Shown here piece by piece: positions 1 to 11,059 of a stretch of DNA of 64,000 nt (positions are counted from its first letter, which is position 1; the number at the start of each line of letters is the position of its first letter). The DNA is from Camelus ferus (lineage: Eukaryota): the NCBI RefSeq assembly GCF_009834535.1, contig NC_045697.1:59088001-59152000 (forward strand), given 5' to 3'. The position numbers and the translations under genes were made by a program. Under the pieces are notes generated by a model. It was not told where the DNA came from. It searched no databases and saw only the letters and a program-made list of their open reading frames with translations.

Positions 1-229
1 TCATGCAAAAGACACTACTCTTCCAATGTCAAAAGGTTAGGTCAGAGAAATATTGCCAGATTCATAACAAATAGAAGCTTATATGTGAAAAGCTTAAAAG
101 TTATTGCAGCAACAAATATAACTAAAAATCAGGTTTGAATATCATATCTTACTAGTCTTTGGAACAGCATCCCCATTTAGGAAATTCAAAGAATCCCATA
201 TTTTTCCAAAAGAACTAAAAATAGCTTTA

Positions 230-660
230 TTCTTTTGTCTGATAATAAAGTAGTATTTGCTAACTTGAAAATATATATATATATACTATATATATATATA
301 TATAAAGGTATATGTTAAAATGAAAAATAGCAGAAATTACCAGAAGCCTTAATTAAAAATAACATTTTGATATACAGTATTTTAAAACATTCTGTATTAT
401 TATATATATCAATATGTTTTAGTCATACTATGTGACCCATCTTTCTTATTCAGTAAAATATCATAGCTATTCTCCAGGTCAATAGGTATAAATTTTGAAT
501 CAACAGTTTGAATTGTTGCAAAGCATTCTAAGTGAATCTCTCACAATATATTTAATTAATCTCTTTTTTGTTAGACATAAAAATTGATTCTGATATCTTG
601 CTAATAAAATACATATCTTTTCATGGACTTCTGTGGTTAATTGTCTATTTCCTTTTTAAA
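230..660 (-). mobile_element. Ancient L1 (L1ME-type) 3' region fragment
   Basis: Degenerate match to the reverse-complemented L1ME 3' region (e.g. tatcatagctattctccaggtcaata...caatatatttaattaatctc...gttagacat). Boundaries approximate. Confidence 0.5.
271..304. repeat. Interrupted (TA)n microsatellite
   Basis: AT repeat 271-285, a single C at 286, then TA repeat 287-304. Confidence 0.95.
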
Positions 661-1079
661 AAGTATGTAACACCTTTTAAATCATTAAACAATAACAACT
701 TTGTAATTTAGAAAGGCTATCTACGCTGAAATAATCTTCTCAGGAAAAATAATCTCAGATAATTAAAAGCTGTGCTTTGGTGAAGGGATTTTAGTTTAAC
801 ATCATCCAATATTTTAACCCCTATTAATGTCTCCCAAAGTGACATGGTATATTTAGCGGCAACATAGTATATAGGCATATCAGAGACAACAAACAGGACT
901 TTATACAGAAACATATTTTACTTCCATAAATGTATCTTTTTTCTTAAAAAAAATACTCTGTACTTATTTTAGAGATAAATGAATCAAATGGGTTAAATCG
1001 TTTCTTATAGTGTTAGCCTCTCCTGAGGTGAAGGTACCAGAACACATTATATTCCCAACATATTTTATACTTCTCAGAG

Positions 1080-1260
1080 ACTTTCACATGAACATTTAAT
1101 ACTGAAATATTAATAACCTCCTAGCACTCTGAAGTAGTTACATAATTATCTTCATTTTCCAGATGAGGAAACTTTGTCCCAAAGAGGTTAAGTGACTTGG
1201 CCATAACCACACATTTATTAACAGAACCATTATAAGAACAATGCCTTTGACATCAATCTC
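1080..1260 (-). mobile_element. MIR SINE
   Basis: MIR core: cattttccagatgaggaaact...agaggttaagtgacttggccataaccacaca. Confidence 0.8.
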
Positions 1261-1534
1261 CTAAAGCCAAGTGCTTCTGTCATGAAGCAAAGACAAGTCG
1301 AGGGGCAGGGGGAGACGGGATAAAATAAATAATAGATGTGAAAGTAGGTTAAATAAAAAGCAGCTGCAGAAATCTAGTGAGTTCTCAAACTGTAAAATAA
1401 AACCATGAACAACAATGGTAAAGCCAGTCATAGGAGGTTAGTATATTACTCATGTACACATAGAATCACAGAGGTGACCTTAGATATCACCAAGCCAGCC
1501 TCACAGAGGTACAGGGCGAGCTCTAACGTTTTAG

Positions 1535-1650
1535 GCCTGAGCTTAAATGTCATCCCTTTAAAGATACTTTCCTTGGTCACAGTCTCAACAATCTCTCCTA
1601 TCATATCATTTATATAAGGTGCTCAGTAAATGTACTCTGAACGGATGAAC
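1535..1650 (+). mobile_element. L2 3' fragment
   Basis: gcttaaatgtcatccct...ggtgctcagtaaatg...tgaacggatgaa resembles the L2 3' terminus. Confidence 0.55.
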
Positions 1651-2864
1651 AGAAAACAGTCAGTCTGCCGATACAAGACAATGAATGAACCTAGTTCAGG
1701 GAAACAAACATTTTCACCTAATAAACACAAAACAAAACATCACTCAGAAATGTCAATGAACACCCAGTTTTTGATACAGCAGTTTAGTTATGTACCAATA
1801 AACTAAGTTTCAGAAGTGACACCTTTTTGGCTTCAAGGCTCAGTCCAAATAGATCTATATTTTAAAAGGAGCTGCCTCTAGGCTGAAATCTTACAATTTC
1901 CATTATCAAATAATGCAATATCTTTTTGAAACCAGTCTAGACAGACACAATCTGCTGGAGTCTGAAATATTTCTCTTTTATGATCACGAACAGACATGGA
2001 GAAGCAATATACTTAAGGCACTAAATTGTAGCCACATAAGGACTTTATTATTAAAGGAGTTTTGTTCAATGTGAACTAAGAGTTGGCATGTCTGTATGCA
2101 AAATATACCTAAACCTGTGGTATAAATCAGACTTTGATACTGTACATGTGCATATCTGTTCCACTTACATATAGACGCAAAACCATTTATTCCCAACAAA
2201 CTGTTTCTTTTTCCTGTGACATACCAATGCAATGTTTAAGGTTTTTCAATTTGATATCACATTTTTTATTTTCAATTCAGAAGACTATTAGAAATAACAT
2301 AAGAAATATTTCAATAGTCTTAGAAAAGCTAAAATTCACTGTGTTACTAGCTCATTAATTATCTTTGCTCAAAATGCCAGAGTTTTGATCTAAGGAGAAA
2401 ATTCCCTTGAAGAAAAAATACTTTTAGATCTTAGCTGCATGTTGTGGGGCAAGAAAAGGGCAGATAAAAGAGACCATCTTTTCAGAATATAAACATGATT
2501 CATGCCATAACTACAGGCAGCCAAACCCAGCTACAATAGTTAAATAAAAAAATTTAAAAATTTAAAAATGAAAGGATCAGCTGTCTCAGTTGAACAATTT
2601 CAAGTTTAAAGATCCAGGGGAAACATTACCCAATTTTACTTTAATCTGCTCTCTTAATTTCCTGACCAGCCCCCTCGGAAACTGTTGACTGCTCAGTCAC
2701 AAAGCCTTACAATTGAGAATTTACCCAGCAGGTAGAAATTCTTGGCTGGCTTCCCTCCTAGGATTAGGCCATTACTCCTTCTTCTCCAGGTTTGAGGGTC
2801 CGTCTTCTCCTGAAGTGTCCCCTCATAGTATTTGCGTTGCCTCGCCTAATCTGGACAACAGCTT

Positions 2865-3105
2865 CATTTATTTTTATAGTGCAGTAAAGCTTATGATACA
2901 TTTTGACATGTATTCATTTATTTGATCCTCACAATAGTCTTTCCTGGTGTTACAGAGCATAGACATTATTACCTTATTTTTATAAATAAGTGGTGGATTT
3001 CAGGAAGGTTAAGTAAGTTGTTCTGAACAACACAGCTGGTAAAGTGTGGCTCTGGGACTGGAATTAAGATCTTGAGACTCCCTAGTCAAACTTTCTTTCC
3101 ACGAT
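2865..3105 (-). mobile_element. MIR SINE
   Basis: tcatttatttgatcctcacaa...ggaaggttaagtaagttgttctgaacaacacagctggtaaagtg...ctgggactggaa. Confidence 0.75.
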
Positions 3106-3205
3106 AGTCCTGTGATTGTAGATTCCGGACTTTAGTCAAGTTCTATGCCAAGATGTTGACACTTACGTAAGTAACTGAAACTTTGACCAAAATATAGCAT
3201 TTAAA

Positions 3206-3206
<1 letters not shown>

Positions 3207-3259
<53 letters not shown>
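3207..3259. repeat. Perfect (TA)26 microsatellite
   Basis: Uninterrupted TA dinucleotide run. Confidence 0.97.
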
Positions 3260-3262
<3 letters not shown>

Positions 3263-5619
3263 ATAACTTAATAAGGGGAAAAATAATTAGTATCGACATG
3301 TCTATCCAGATCATGCCATATGCTAGTTACTTTATGTTACCTACATTCATCAAGATAAAATAATATTAACCCCTTACTGAAGTATTTGAATCCATGTGCT
3401 ATTCTATGATTCACATGCATAACTCAAGCCCATATAACTCAGCCAGGCTTATATTATTACCCACAAAATATAGAACTTGAGGCTCAAGAAGTTAAATGAC
3501 TTATTTGCCATAGAATTGATGTGCAACTTTGGGAAAAGTCAGAAACTGAAATCAGGTGGCTGGCCCTAGTAAAGTTTGAGGAAATATCATGTATATATTA
3601 TAACCCTCACCCATAAGGAGCCAGAATCCAACAAAAAACACTTGCTGAATGTCCAGACATTATTTTTTTAAATAATAAAAAAAAAAACCTGAGGGATTTC
3701 TTTTCTAATAGCTACAATAAGAAAGAAATAAAAATTTAAACTTATTTAGTACTTCAGAGTTTCCAGTTTCTGTTCACAATCATTAATCATTTCAATCTCA
3801 CAACAGTATCTATTATGTATAATATTCCTACTTTAAAAATAAGTATACTATAATTTAAGAAAGTTAAGTTACAGGCTTAAGATTTCATGGTTAAAACTTT
3901 TAGAAAAAGAGAATTAAAATGCAAGTTTTTCTAAATTTCAGCCTCCTTCTTACTAATGTACCAGCTTGCAAAAAAGCAAAACTGGGAAGACTGTCCTGAA
4001 TAAGGAAAATAGGTAAACATTAAACAAAACTCAGTTACACATCACCAACTAAGTTGACTAAAAGGAATTATAAACAAACAGCAAGAATTCCAAAATCTAT
4101 AATACAAAATGATTATTCAAACACACCTGTGGAAACCCCACTAAAGAATGAAGTACGTTATAGTCCAGAAAGCCAAAAACAAAGAATAAATACAATTAAA
4201 ATCTGTAAAATCATGACTAGTGAGAATAGACATTCTCTAAAGCCATATATAGCAGAACTGAGTGCTGCTCTTTTAACTTTGAAAGAGGTAGACATATAAC
4301 AAATAAAAAGAAACATTTCCTATACTGCAACCATTAAATGTGAACCCAAGAAATTGTACAGATTGAAACCATAAATGGCTTAAAAACTTCCAGACTTACG
4401 GTGACATGCCTTTGATGGGGTTAGTCAGGGAAGCTCTAGGGTTAACATGGGGAAGGAGCCCTCTTTGTTGTGGACAGCAACATTTTGAAGATGCTGAAAA
4501 TAATACAATGGATTCCTCTCTGCCCAGCAGCACGACTTTTATTGAAATGGACTGGTTTGCTGAATAGGATGATCAGCTTCTTTTGTCTAACAGCCTTTGC
4601 CCCCAGGTTCCTAACGCCTCATTTGGCAGAGTAACTCCCATCTTTCTGTTTTGGGCCCAGACTCTCATATCATGAACTCTGATGCCTGCTTATTGTCTTT
4701 TTCCTAACATCTGCCTTTAGCTTGTGGTATAGTCTCGGACCTAATGCTTTAAGAAAAAAAAAAAAAGTAGCATCACAAATGTCTACTTCTTTAATCTTTA
4801 TTTAGTTTCCTACCTCTATTTTTAAGAGAATAAATAGATCCAACAGGAGCTCCCCTGAGGCCAACAGACATCACTTTTACTTTAGATATGTAAGTAACTG
4901 AATGCCCACCCCGATCTGTCTAGACATGGTTCCAACTCAAGGGCCTGCAGGAACCAGGCAGGCTACATAAATGAGTCAAGTGGGCTGGGTTGAAGCACCG
5001 GGAAGAAGTGAGTTATGGTAAACTAAAGAATGCACGCTCCTCTACAGGGACCTAATTCAGGTTTGTAAAGAGCACGGAGAGAGAAACTTCGCAGACGGGA
5101 TAGATTGTGAGGGACATTCATGGCATGACGCCTGGAGAACAGAGAAGAACCAGGGGCCCAGTGCTTCCTTTCTGATAACACAGTGACAGGACGGTATATC
5201 CTTATCAACAGGAGCTGGTGTTATGTGCGGCATGATAAATTAAAAGCAAATACCCCTCAGTTACCATGCTGGTCAGATGCTCTTGGAAAAATTCAGTTAT
5301 TACCAATAGGAACACTTTTTTGTTATTAGTGAAGAAAGCATTTTGTCAGGTATAAAAAAGCACTATGACAGGCAGCAGTCAAAGTTGATAAGGGCAAGAT
5401 GCCTACCCTCCGATAAGCTTCTATAAACTTGTAATGGAGGAGATAGTTATCTGATAATACAAGAGAGAGAAGAATGCAGGTTTAAATGGCACAGCAGGCA
5501 ATACTGACAGCAAAGAATAATTACTTTGTCCCCACCGTATGGACAGTATGTATGGTCTGGGACAGTACAGAAAGTTGCCCCAACCTCTGTTAAAGTCTGA
5601 AGGCTAAATTCTCAGCCGC

Positions 5620-5770
5620 AATTCTAGACCACTGTTTTCCAAAAAGTAGAATAAAGCCCAGAAAAAGAAAGTGACTTGTCCAAGGTCATAAAACTAGTTA
5701 GTGGCCAAGCCAGCAGCAGATTTCTAAGTGTCCATCTCCTATTCTTTACTGACCAGCACTCTACCTCTGA
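5620..5770 (-). mobile_element. MIR SINE
   Basis: aagtgacttgtccaaggtcataaaactagttagtggc (MIR core). Confidence 0.75.
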
Positions 5771-5829
5771 TAACCAAAGAAACATCCAGCGGAGATAGAT
5801 TACAAACCCTAAACATGTTATTTTTAAAT

Positions 5830-5960
5830 CATTCATTCTAATACATATAGTCATTCATCCAGCACATTTACTGAAGAGAGCTAGGCTAGACACTGGGGTA
5901 TAAGTTGCTAAACACAGTGTAAGGAGTCCTGTCCTCGTGGAAATTCAGTGCCCTGGGGAA
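5830..5960 (-). mobile_element. L2 3' end fragment
   Basis: cattcatccagcacatttactga...ctaggctagacactggggtata...gtcctgtcctcgtggaaattcag. Confidence 0.65.
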
Positions 5961-6229
5961 TGAGCTGTCTGCAACATGGGGCCAACATAGTTTAAGGCTC
6001 ATAACGTATTTTTCCCTTCTTGTCTTCCACTAACGGGATACAATTTAGAACTCCTCGATTTCATACTGGAGATGGCAGTTTCTCCCGCGGTTTATGTAAT
6101 AATGTTAACATTTATCATTTTTGTATTTGCTCATTAAACTGTTAGAGACTCTTCATGTTGAAAGGTAGGAAAGAACTCCTCATGCCAGAACTCTGTCATC
6201 AAACATTTCTCTGACTTCCACACTTTAGC

Positions 6230-6430
6230 TAACTTCTTCTTGCCAAAGCTATTCAAATTATAGCAGCTTCTTCCTCTAATACTGCCACATAGGCACTTCA
6301 AGGTTTCTTAATCTTTGCTCATTTATTATGCTGATGCAGATTCACCTTTTAATAAAACGATGGTCATTTTAGCATCCTTTATTATAACCGAGATTGCTGA
6401 GGACAACAGATTATTTATTGGAAAAGTCAG
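6230..6430 (-). mobile_element. Ancient L1M fragment
   Basis: Weak resemblance to antisense L1ME (ttgccaaa...cttaatctttgctcattt...ttttagcatcctttattataaccgagattg). Confidence 0.35.
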
Positions 6431-7057
6431 AATTTTCACAGTCTTTCAGACCATTAATATTTCTTATCTCAATTTCTCTTAAAATGGCACTCATTATGCC
6501 CAATAACAGATACCCTTGTGGGAAAAAATATTTTTAAAATACCCATTAAAATATATATTAGGTAAATAACAAAGAACCATTAAGACTTGTACCACAAATT
6601 CTATTTGGGGGGACAGATGTTAGTTAACAGAGAAACTACTCTTTAAAACCTCAAAATGTTTTTATTATACACAGCTGTGAACTGGTAAATTCGAAATAGT
6701 GAGTGTGGAAACCATTCTCTTCTCATGCACCGCATGGTGGACGGTGGGGGATGGGTCATAAACAAAAATTTTACCACAGCTTTTATAAAACTACACTTCC
6801 ATTTTCTACTACCACTTCCCTCTTTTTTTTCCTTTGTCTTTTAACATTGACTAAGAAACAGATGGTAGTAATTCAATTCCACAAAATATGCCACAAGGCC
6901 TTTCCACACAAGCATGTTTTTCAGCAAGTACAGGATCTCTGGAGGACTCTGAAGAAATGGCTGGGTGGATGGGCACATTTGGAGCAAGAGTGGCAGCCCT
7001 GCCACTCACACGGAGTCCAAGGCACTAGGCTAGCTTTTTCCAAATCCAGGACAGGAC

Positions 7058-7207
7058 TTTTTTTTTTTTTTTTTTTTTTTTGCTGGGGCTGGGGGGAGAG
7101 TTATTAGGATTTTTATTTATTTGTTTTTTAATGGCAGTACTGGGGATTGAACCAGGACCTCATGCCTGATTAGCATGCACTCTACCACCAAGCTATAACC
7201 ACCCCCC
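7058..7207 (-). mobile_element. Camelid tRNA-derived SINE (Vic-1-like), full length
   Basis: Minus strand reads GGGGGGTGGTTATAGCTTGGTGGTAGAGTGCATGCTAATCAGGCATGAGGTCCTGGTTCAATCCCCAGTACTGCC, with A/B boxes, an AT-rich tail and poly(A). Flanking direct repeat caggacagg at 7047-7055 and 7209-7217. Confidence 0.88.
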
Positions 7208-7434
7208 TCAGGACAGGGTATCTTAGCAGTGACTTGTCCCTGCCAACTGCAGAGAGGCAATACCTGGCACAATTTCCTTCAAATATCATACTTGGGAAAA
7301 GAGAGCTTCAGACTAATGAGAGTGGTTTTACTTAAATATTTACGTTCCTTTCCAAATCATATAAATTCAACACAGGAAGCTGAAATCTGGTCCTGAGTGA
7401 GTCAACATGTGTCTTTACTCTCTGTTAAAAACAA

Positions 7435-7680
7435 CAACAATAAGTTTTGGCTAACATTTATGCCAAAAATTGTACTAAACATTTACATGCGCCATCTCAT
7501 TCCACGCACCCCCTGACCCAGAAAAAAAAGCAGTTTTTATCATCATCCCTGTATATTGATGAGGATATTGACACATAATAGTAAGTGACCTTCAAGCCAC
7601 ACAGCCAGCGTGTAGAGGACAGAAGCAAATCTAGACAGTATGATATTCGAATCCACAGTATAATATATACACATCACTCT
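7435..7680 (-). mobile_element. MIR SINE
   Basis: gctaacatttatgcc...catttacatgcgccatctcatt...atcatccctgtatattgatgagga...aagtgacc...ccacacagc. Confidence 0.65.
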
Positions 7681-10600
7681 AGAATACCACATAATAGTTC
7701 AAAGTACATTTTATTTATCTTCAACTCACTATCTAGGTAGAATACACCGTATACAGCAATCTGAATGCTCTTCAGTGGGCATTTGATTATACAGAATTTC
7801 CCCAACTTTAAATGAAGATTCTTTTCTCAAAAATACCAAAATAAATTCAATATTATGGACAGTTAAAGTCATTCAAAACCTACTTTTCGTTCTATTACAC
7901 ATGTCAAAAAACCAACAGAACCAGGGTTAGTTTTAGTTAGCATACATTACGGAGGCCTCGTGGAGGCCACAGCAGGATTCTCACTCGCAGTGTATCTGAA
8001 GCTGTCCAGGGAAATGTTAGAACAGCGTATTTCTACTTAATGAAGATCATGACTGCATTTTTTTTTTAATTTAAAAAGGTTGTTCAAAAAATAAAACCTA
8101 ATCTATAGCCCTCATTACATAAAGTGCAAGGTTTACACAGATTTTGATTTACATAAGTGAATGCAACATTAATCTTACCAATAAATTATGTTAATTTTGT
8201 TTGAAAAATGTAAGATATTATGCTATCTCTCCCTTTTTCAGATTCAGTTTTTCTGGTTATTTTAATACATGACTTCTGAACATACTTACGTTTATGAGCA
8301 TTGACTTTTTTCATTAAAATTTTAAAAGTTTGTCACTGATATCCAAAAAACAGACACAAAAATTTTAACCTCACTGTCATAAAGCCACAACTTTTTTGAA
8401 ACTCTATAGAAACTCTATTTTAGCTCAAGCACTAATTGATATTAAGAAAGTAAAATGTTTTATAGTGTCCTATGAGACACCATTACTTAGAGAAATCAGT
8501 TGTTCTAAATAATTCCCAAATATCCAAATTACATGGAATTGACTATGAATTATGAATTCATTTTGTTATCTGAAGATCTCAGGAAGATCAATCACTTAAA
8601 AAACAATGTATTTTCACCTATGATGGTAAATGTAACATATACAGAAAGGTTCTCTGTTAAAGGGACATATCACTTTCTTTCCTCTTGCTTTGCCTTAAAC
8701 ATTACACAAATGAAGAGCAAGAACCCAGAATTACATGGAACTATACTATATTAGATGGAACTCATTCCTTCTTTAATGAAAATGAACGTCTATGAAAAGG
8801 AAACCCTTCCACCATTTAGCTCAAATAGAAGCGAGAGAGGTTCATGACATCTAAAAATCTACCTCCTCCAATGATAAGTGACGGTTTCCTCTGCCCCAGT
8901 TCTGGGAAAGGTCACTTACACATTAATTCTGGGCTGGCCTTGAATGTTGCTTCTGAATAATCTGAAGCTCAAAAGCAGTGAATACTCTCCCATAAATTAG
9001 TGAGCTGGGAAGCAGCTGCCTTCAGCCAAGAGTTCAGAAGAGGAGTAGGCTTCTCTGTTGCCTTACCCATTTCAGGCTTTAGTAATTTACCTTTTTTTTC
9101 TCCTTAAATACCACAAAATCAATCCTACAAAGACCTACTTTACACCGACGTGTACACAAAAGTGCTAGGGGCATGAGGTAGATTTCATTTTGCAAATTTT
9201 TCCCATTTATTGTAATATCTGAAAAACTAACAAAACTTTAACAATACTTATTCTGAACCCTCAAAAGCTCTAGGGTAATTATATTTCTTAATGTCATAGC
9301 ATAAACTCATATGAGATGAGATATTTGAAAAACTAGGTAACATTCAATTCCATCAAATCTTTGAAGGGCAAGGATTTAGACATTTTATACAACAGTGATG
9401 AGCAAAGATTTACAACACATATAAATTTCAGTTTCATTTTACCTTCTTGGCTCCTAAAGGCATTTCAGTTTACAGTCCTGACTTGGACTCTAAAAATCTG
9501 GATCTGAATTCTGGTTCTACTATTTCTTAGCTATTTTTCCCTGAACATTCGTTTTATAGGAAAAAACCCACTAAAACTTAACTTTAGCATTTTCTAAGAG
9601 GTCTCATATTCCTCTCATATAAGATGTACTCAGTAACTGCTACTTCTTTCTGTTGTTTCCTTTAACCACACATTTCCTCAGTCTATTACGAGACAGAGTT
9701 TTCTAGGAATGAATGTACCATACAAATATTATCATTTCCTATATGCACAATATGAAATAAGTTTGGAACCCACCAGCATCAAGTCTTCCAAAATTAAGTC
9801 TCAACAGAACTGTGGTCAATGAAGGAATTAATCAGAAAAGTCTGATTAGTTAAGTTTATAAAAATAAAATTAGGTGTTTCTGGCATAGAAGGGCTGGACT
9901 CCATATTTAAGGAAATGCTTGCTTTCTTACTTCATTAGCTGCCATAAATGGCAGGTGTTTAGGACATTCTGCATTCCTTGGCCATTCTTACATTTCGTCT
10001 GCCTGTTGGCAGCAATAGTAAAAACACGCTTCAGATAATATTAATTTCCTGACAACCTCTCCAATTGCCTTTGCATTTTATACTTTTCCTCTGACCCAGT
10101 GTTATCTTACAAGCAAATCTAACCTACTATAATTGCCAATCTCCCAAGATACTTAGGACCTTCATGATTAGACAGATACATGCTTCCAGGAAAGTCTAAT
10201 CTCAGATAAGACTTGGATTTTTTTCTTATTAAGAATATTAACTGAAAAGTAATACAAATAGTATGATTCTGGTGTGGGAAATTTGGGTGCTAGCAACATA
10301 TAAAATCCTCTCAAACTCCTCCCTCTAAGGTATTAAATCAGTCATGTAACAAAATTCTGTAAGAATTTTTAACCCTATAAGTTTTCTTTTATAGAAACAT
10401 AAAAGTGAACAGGGTCCCTGCACTCAGGAGCTTACAATTTTAAGCTTAACCTTGGAGGCTGTATCTATCTTTTCTGGACCTCTAACATTTAACCTTTACA
10501 GATTCTGACCTTTAAATGTGATTGTTTTTGCAAGCTGCACAGGTCTAAATTATTTGTACTCTGAGAATTCTAAGTAAATCAGAATCTGAAAACAAACTTG

Positions 10601-10714
10601 TTTACATAAATAAATTTTAAACAATTATTGTTTCTTGTAAATAGTAACCAGTCTCTCTGACATGATACTTTGAAAAGAAGACTGGGTTGGGGGAACTCAT
10701 TTTTCTGGCAGCAA

Positions 10715-10840
10715 TTTGATATGTATCTTTGGGTATGCCACTTAATTTCTCTTGGTCTCAGTTTCTCCATCTGTAAAACAAGGGGGCAGAAGTAAGTAAT
10801 TTGGAAAGTTTCCTGCCAGTTCTCAGATTGATGATCTCAT
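10715..10840 (+). mobile_element. MIR (MIR3/MIRc-like) SINE
   Basis: ccacttaatttctcttggtctcagtttctccatctgtaaaac. Confidence 0.8.
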
Positions 10841-11049
10841 TTAAATCTTTTACTCAGATGAATTAAACGGCAAGTTAATAAATCATCTATTAGATTAAAT
10901 GTGATGGTCTGAGTAAGGTTTTGCTGGGGAACGGCAAAGACTTGCATTTTGGTTTAATTTGTTAAATAATGCCTCTAGCCAAATTTAGAGCTAGTCGAAT
11001 CTGACAGCTTGTTCTGCAAATGACATTATTACTTGAATAGAGCATTCGG

Positions 11050-11059
11050 CCATATTTGG
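11050..11059. promoter_or_regulatory. Perfect CArG box (SRF-type motif)
   Basis: CCATATTTGG fits CC(A/T)6GG and lies in a repeat-free block. Motif only; function not shown. Confidence 0.35.

Noticed and set aside
7100..7207. tRNA gene (also 59957-60035)
   Set aside because: A/B boxes are present, but the AT-rich tail, poly(A), TSD and lack of a proper cloverleaf indicate a tRNA-derived SINE.
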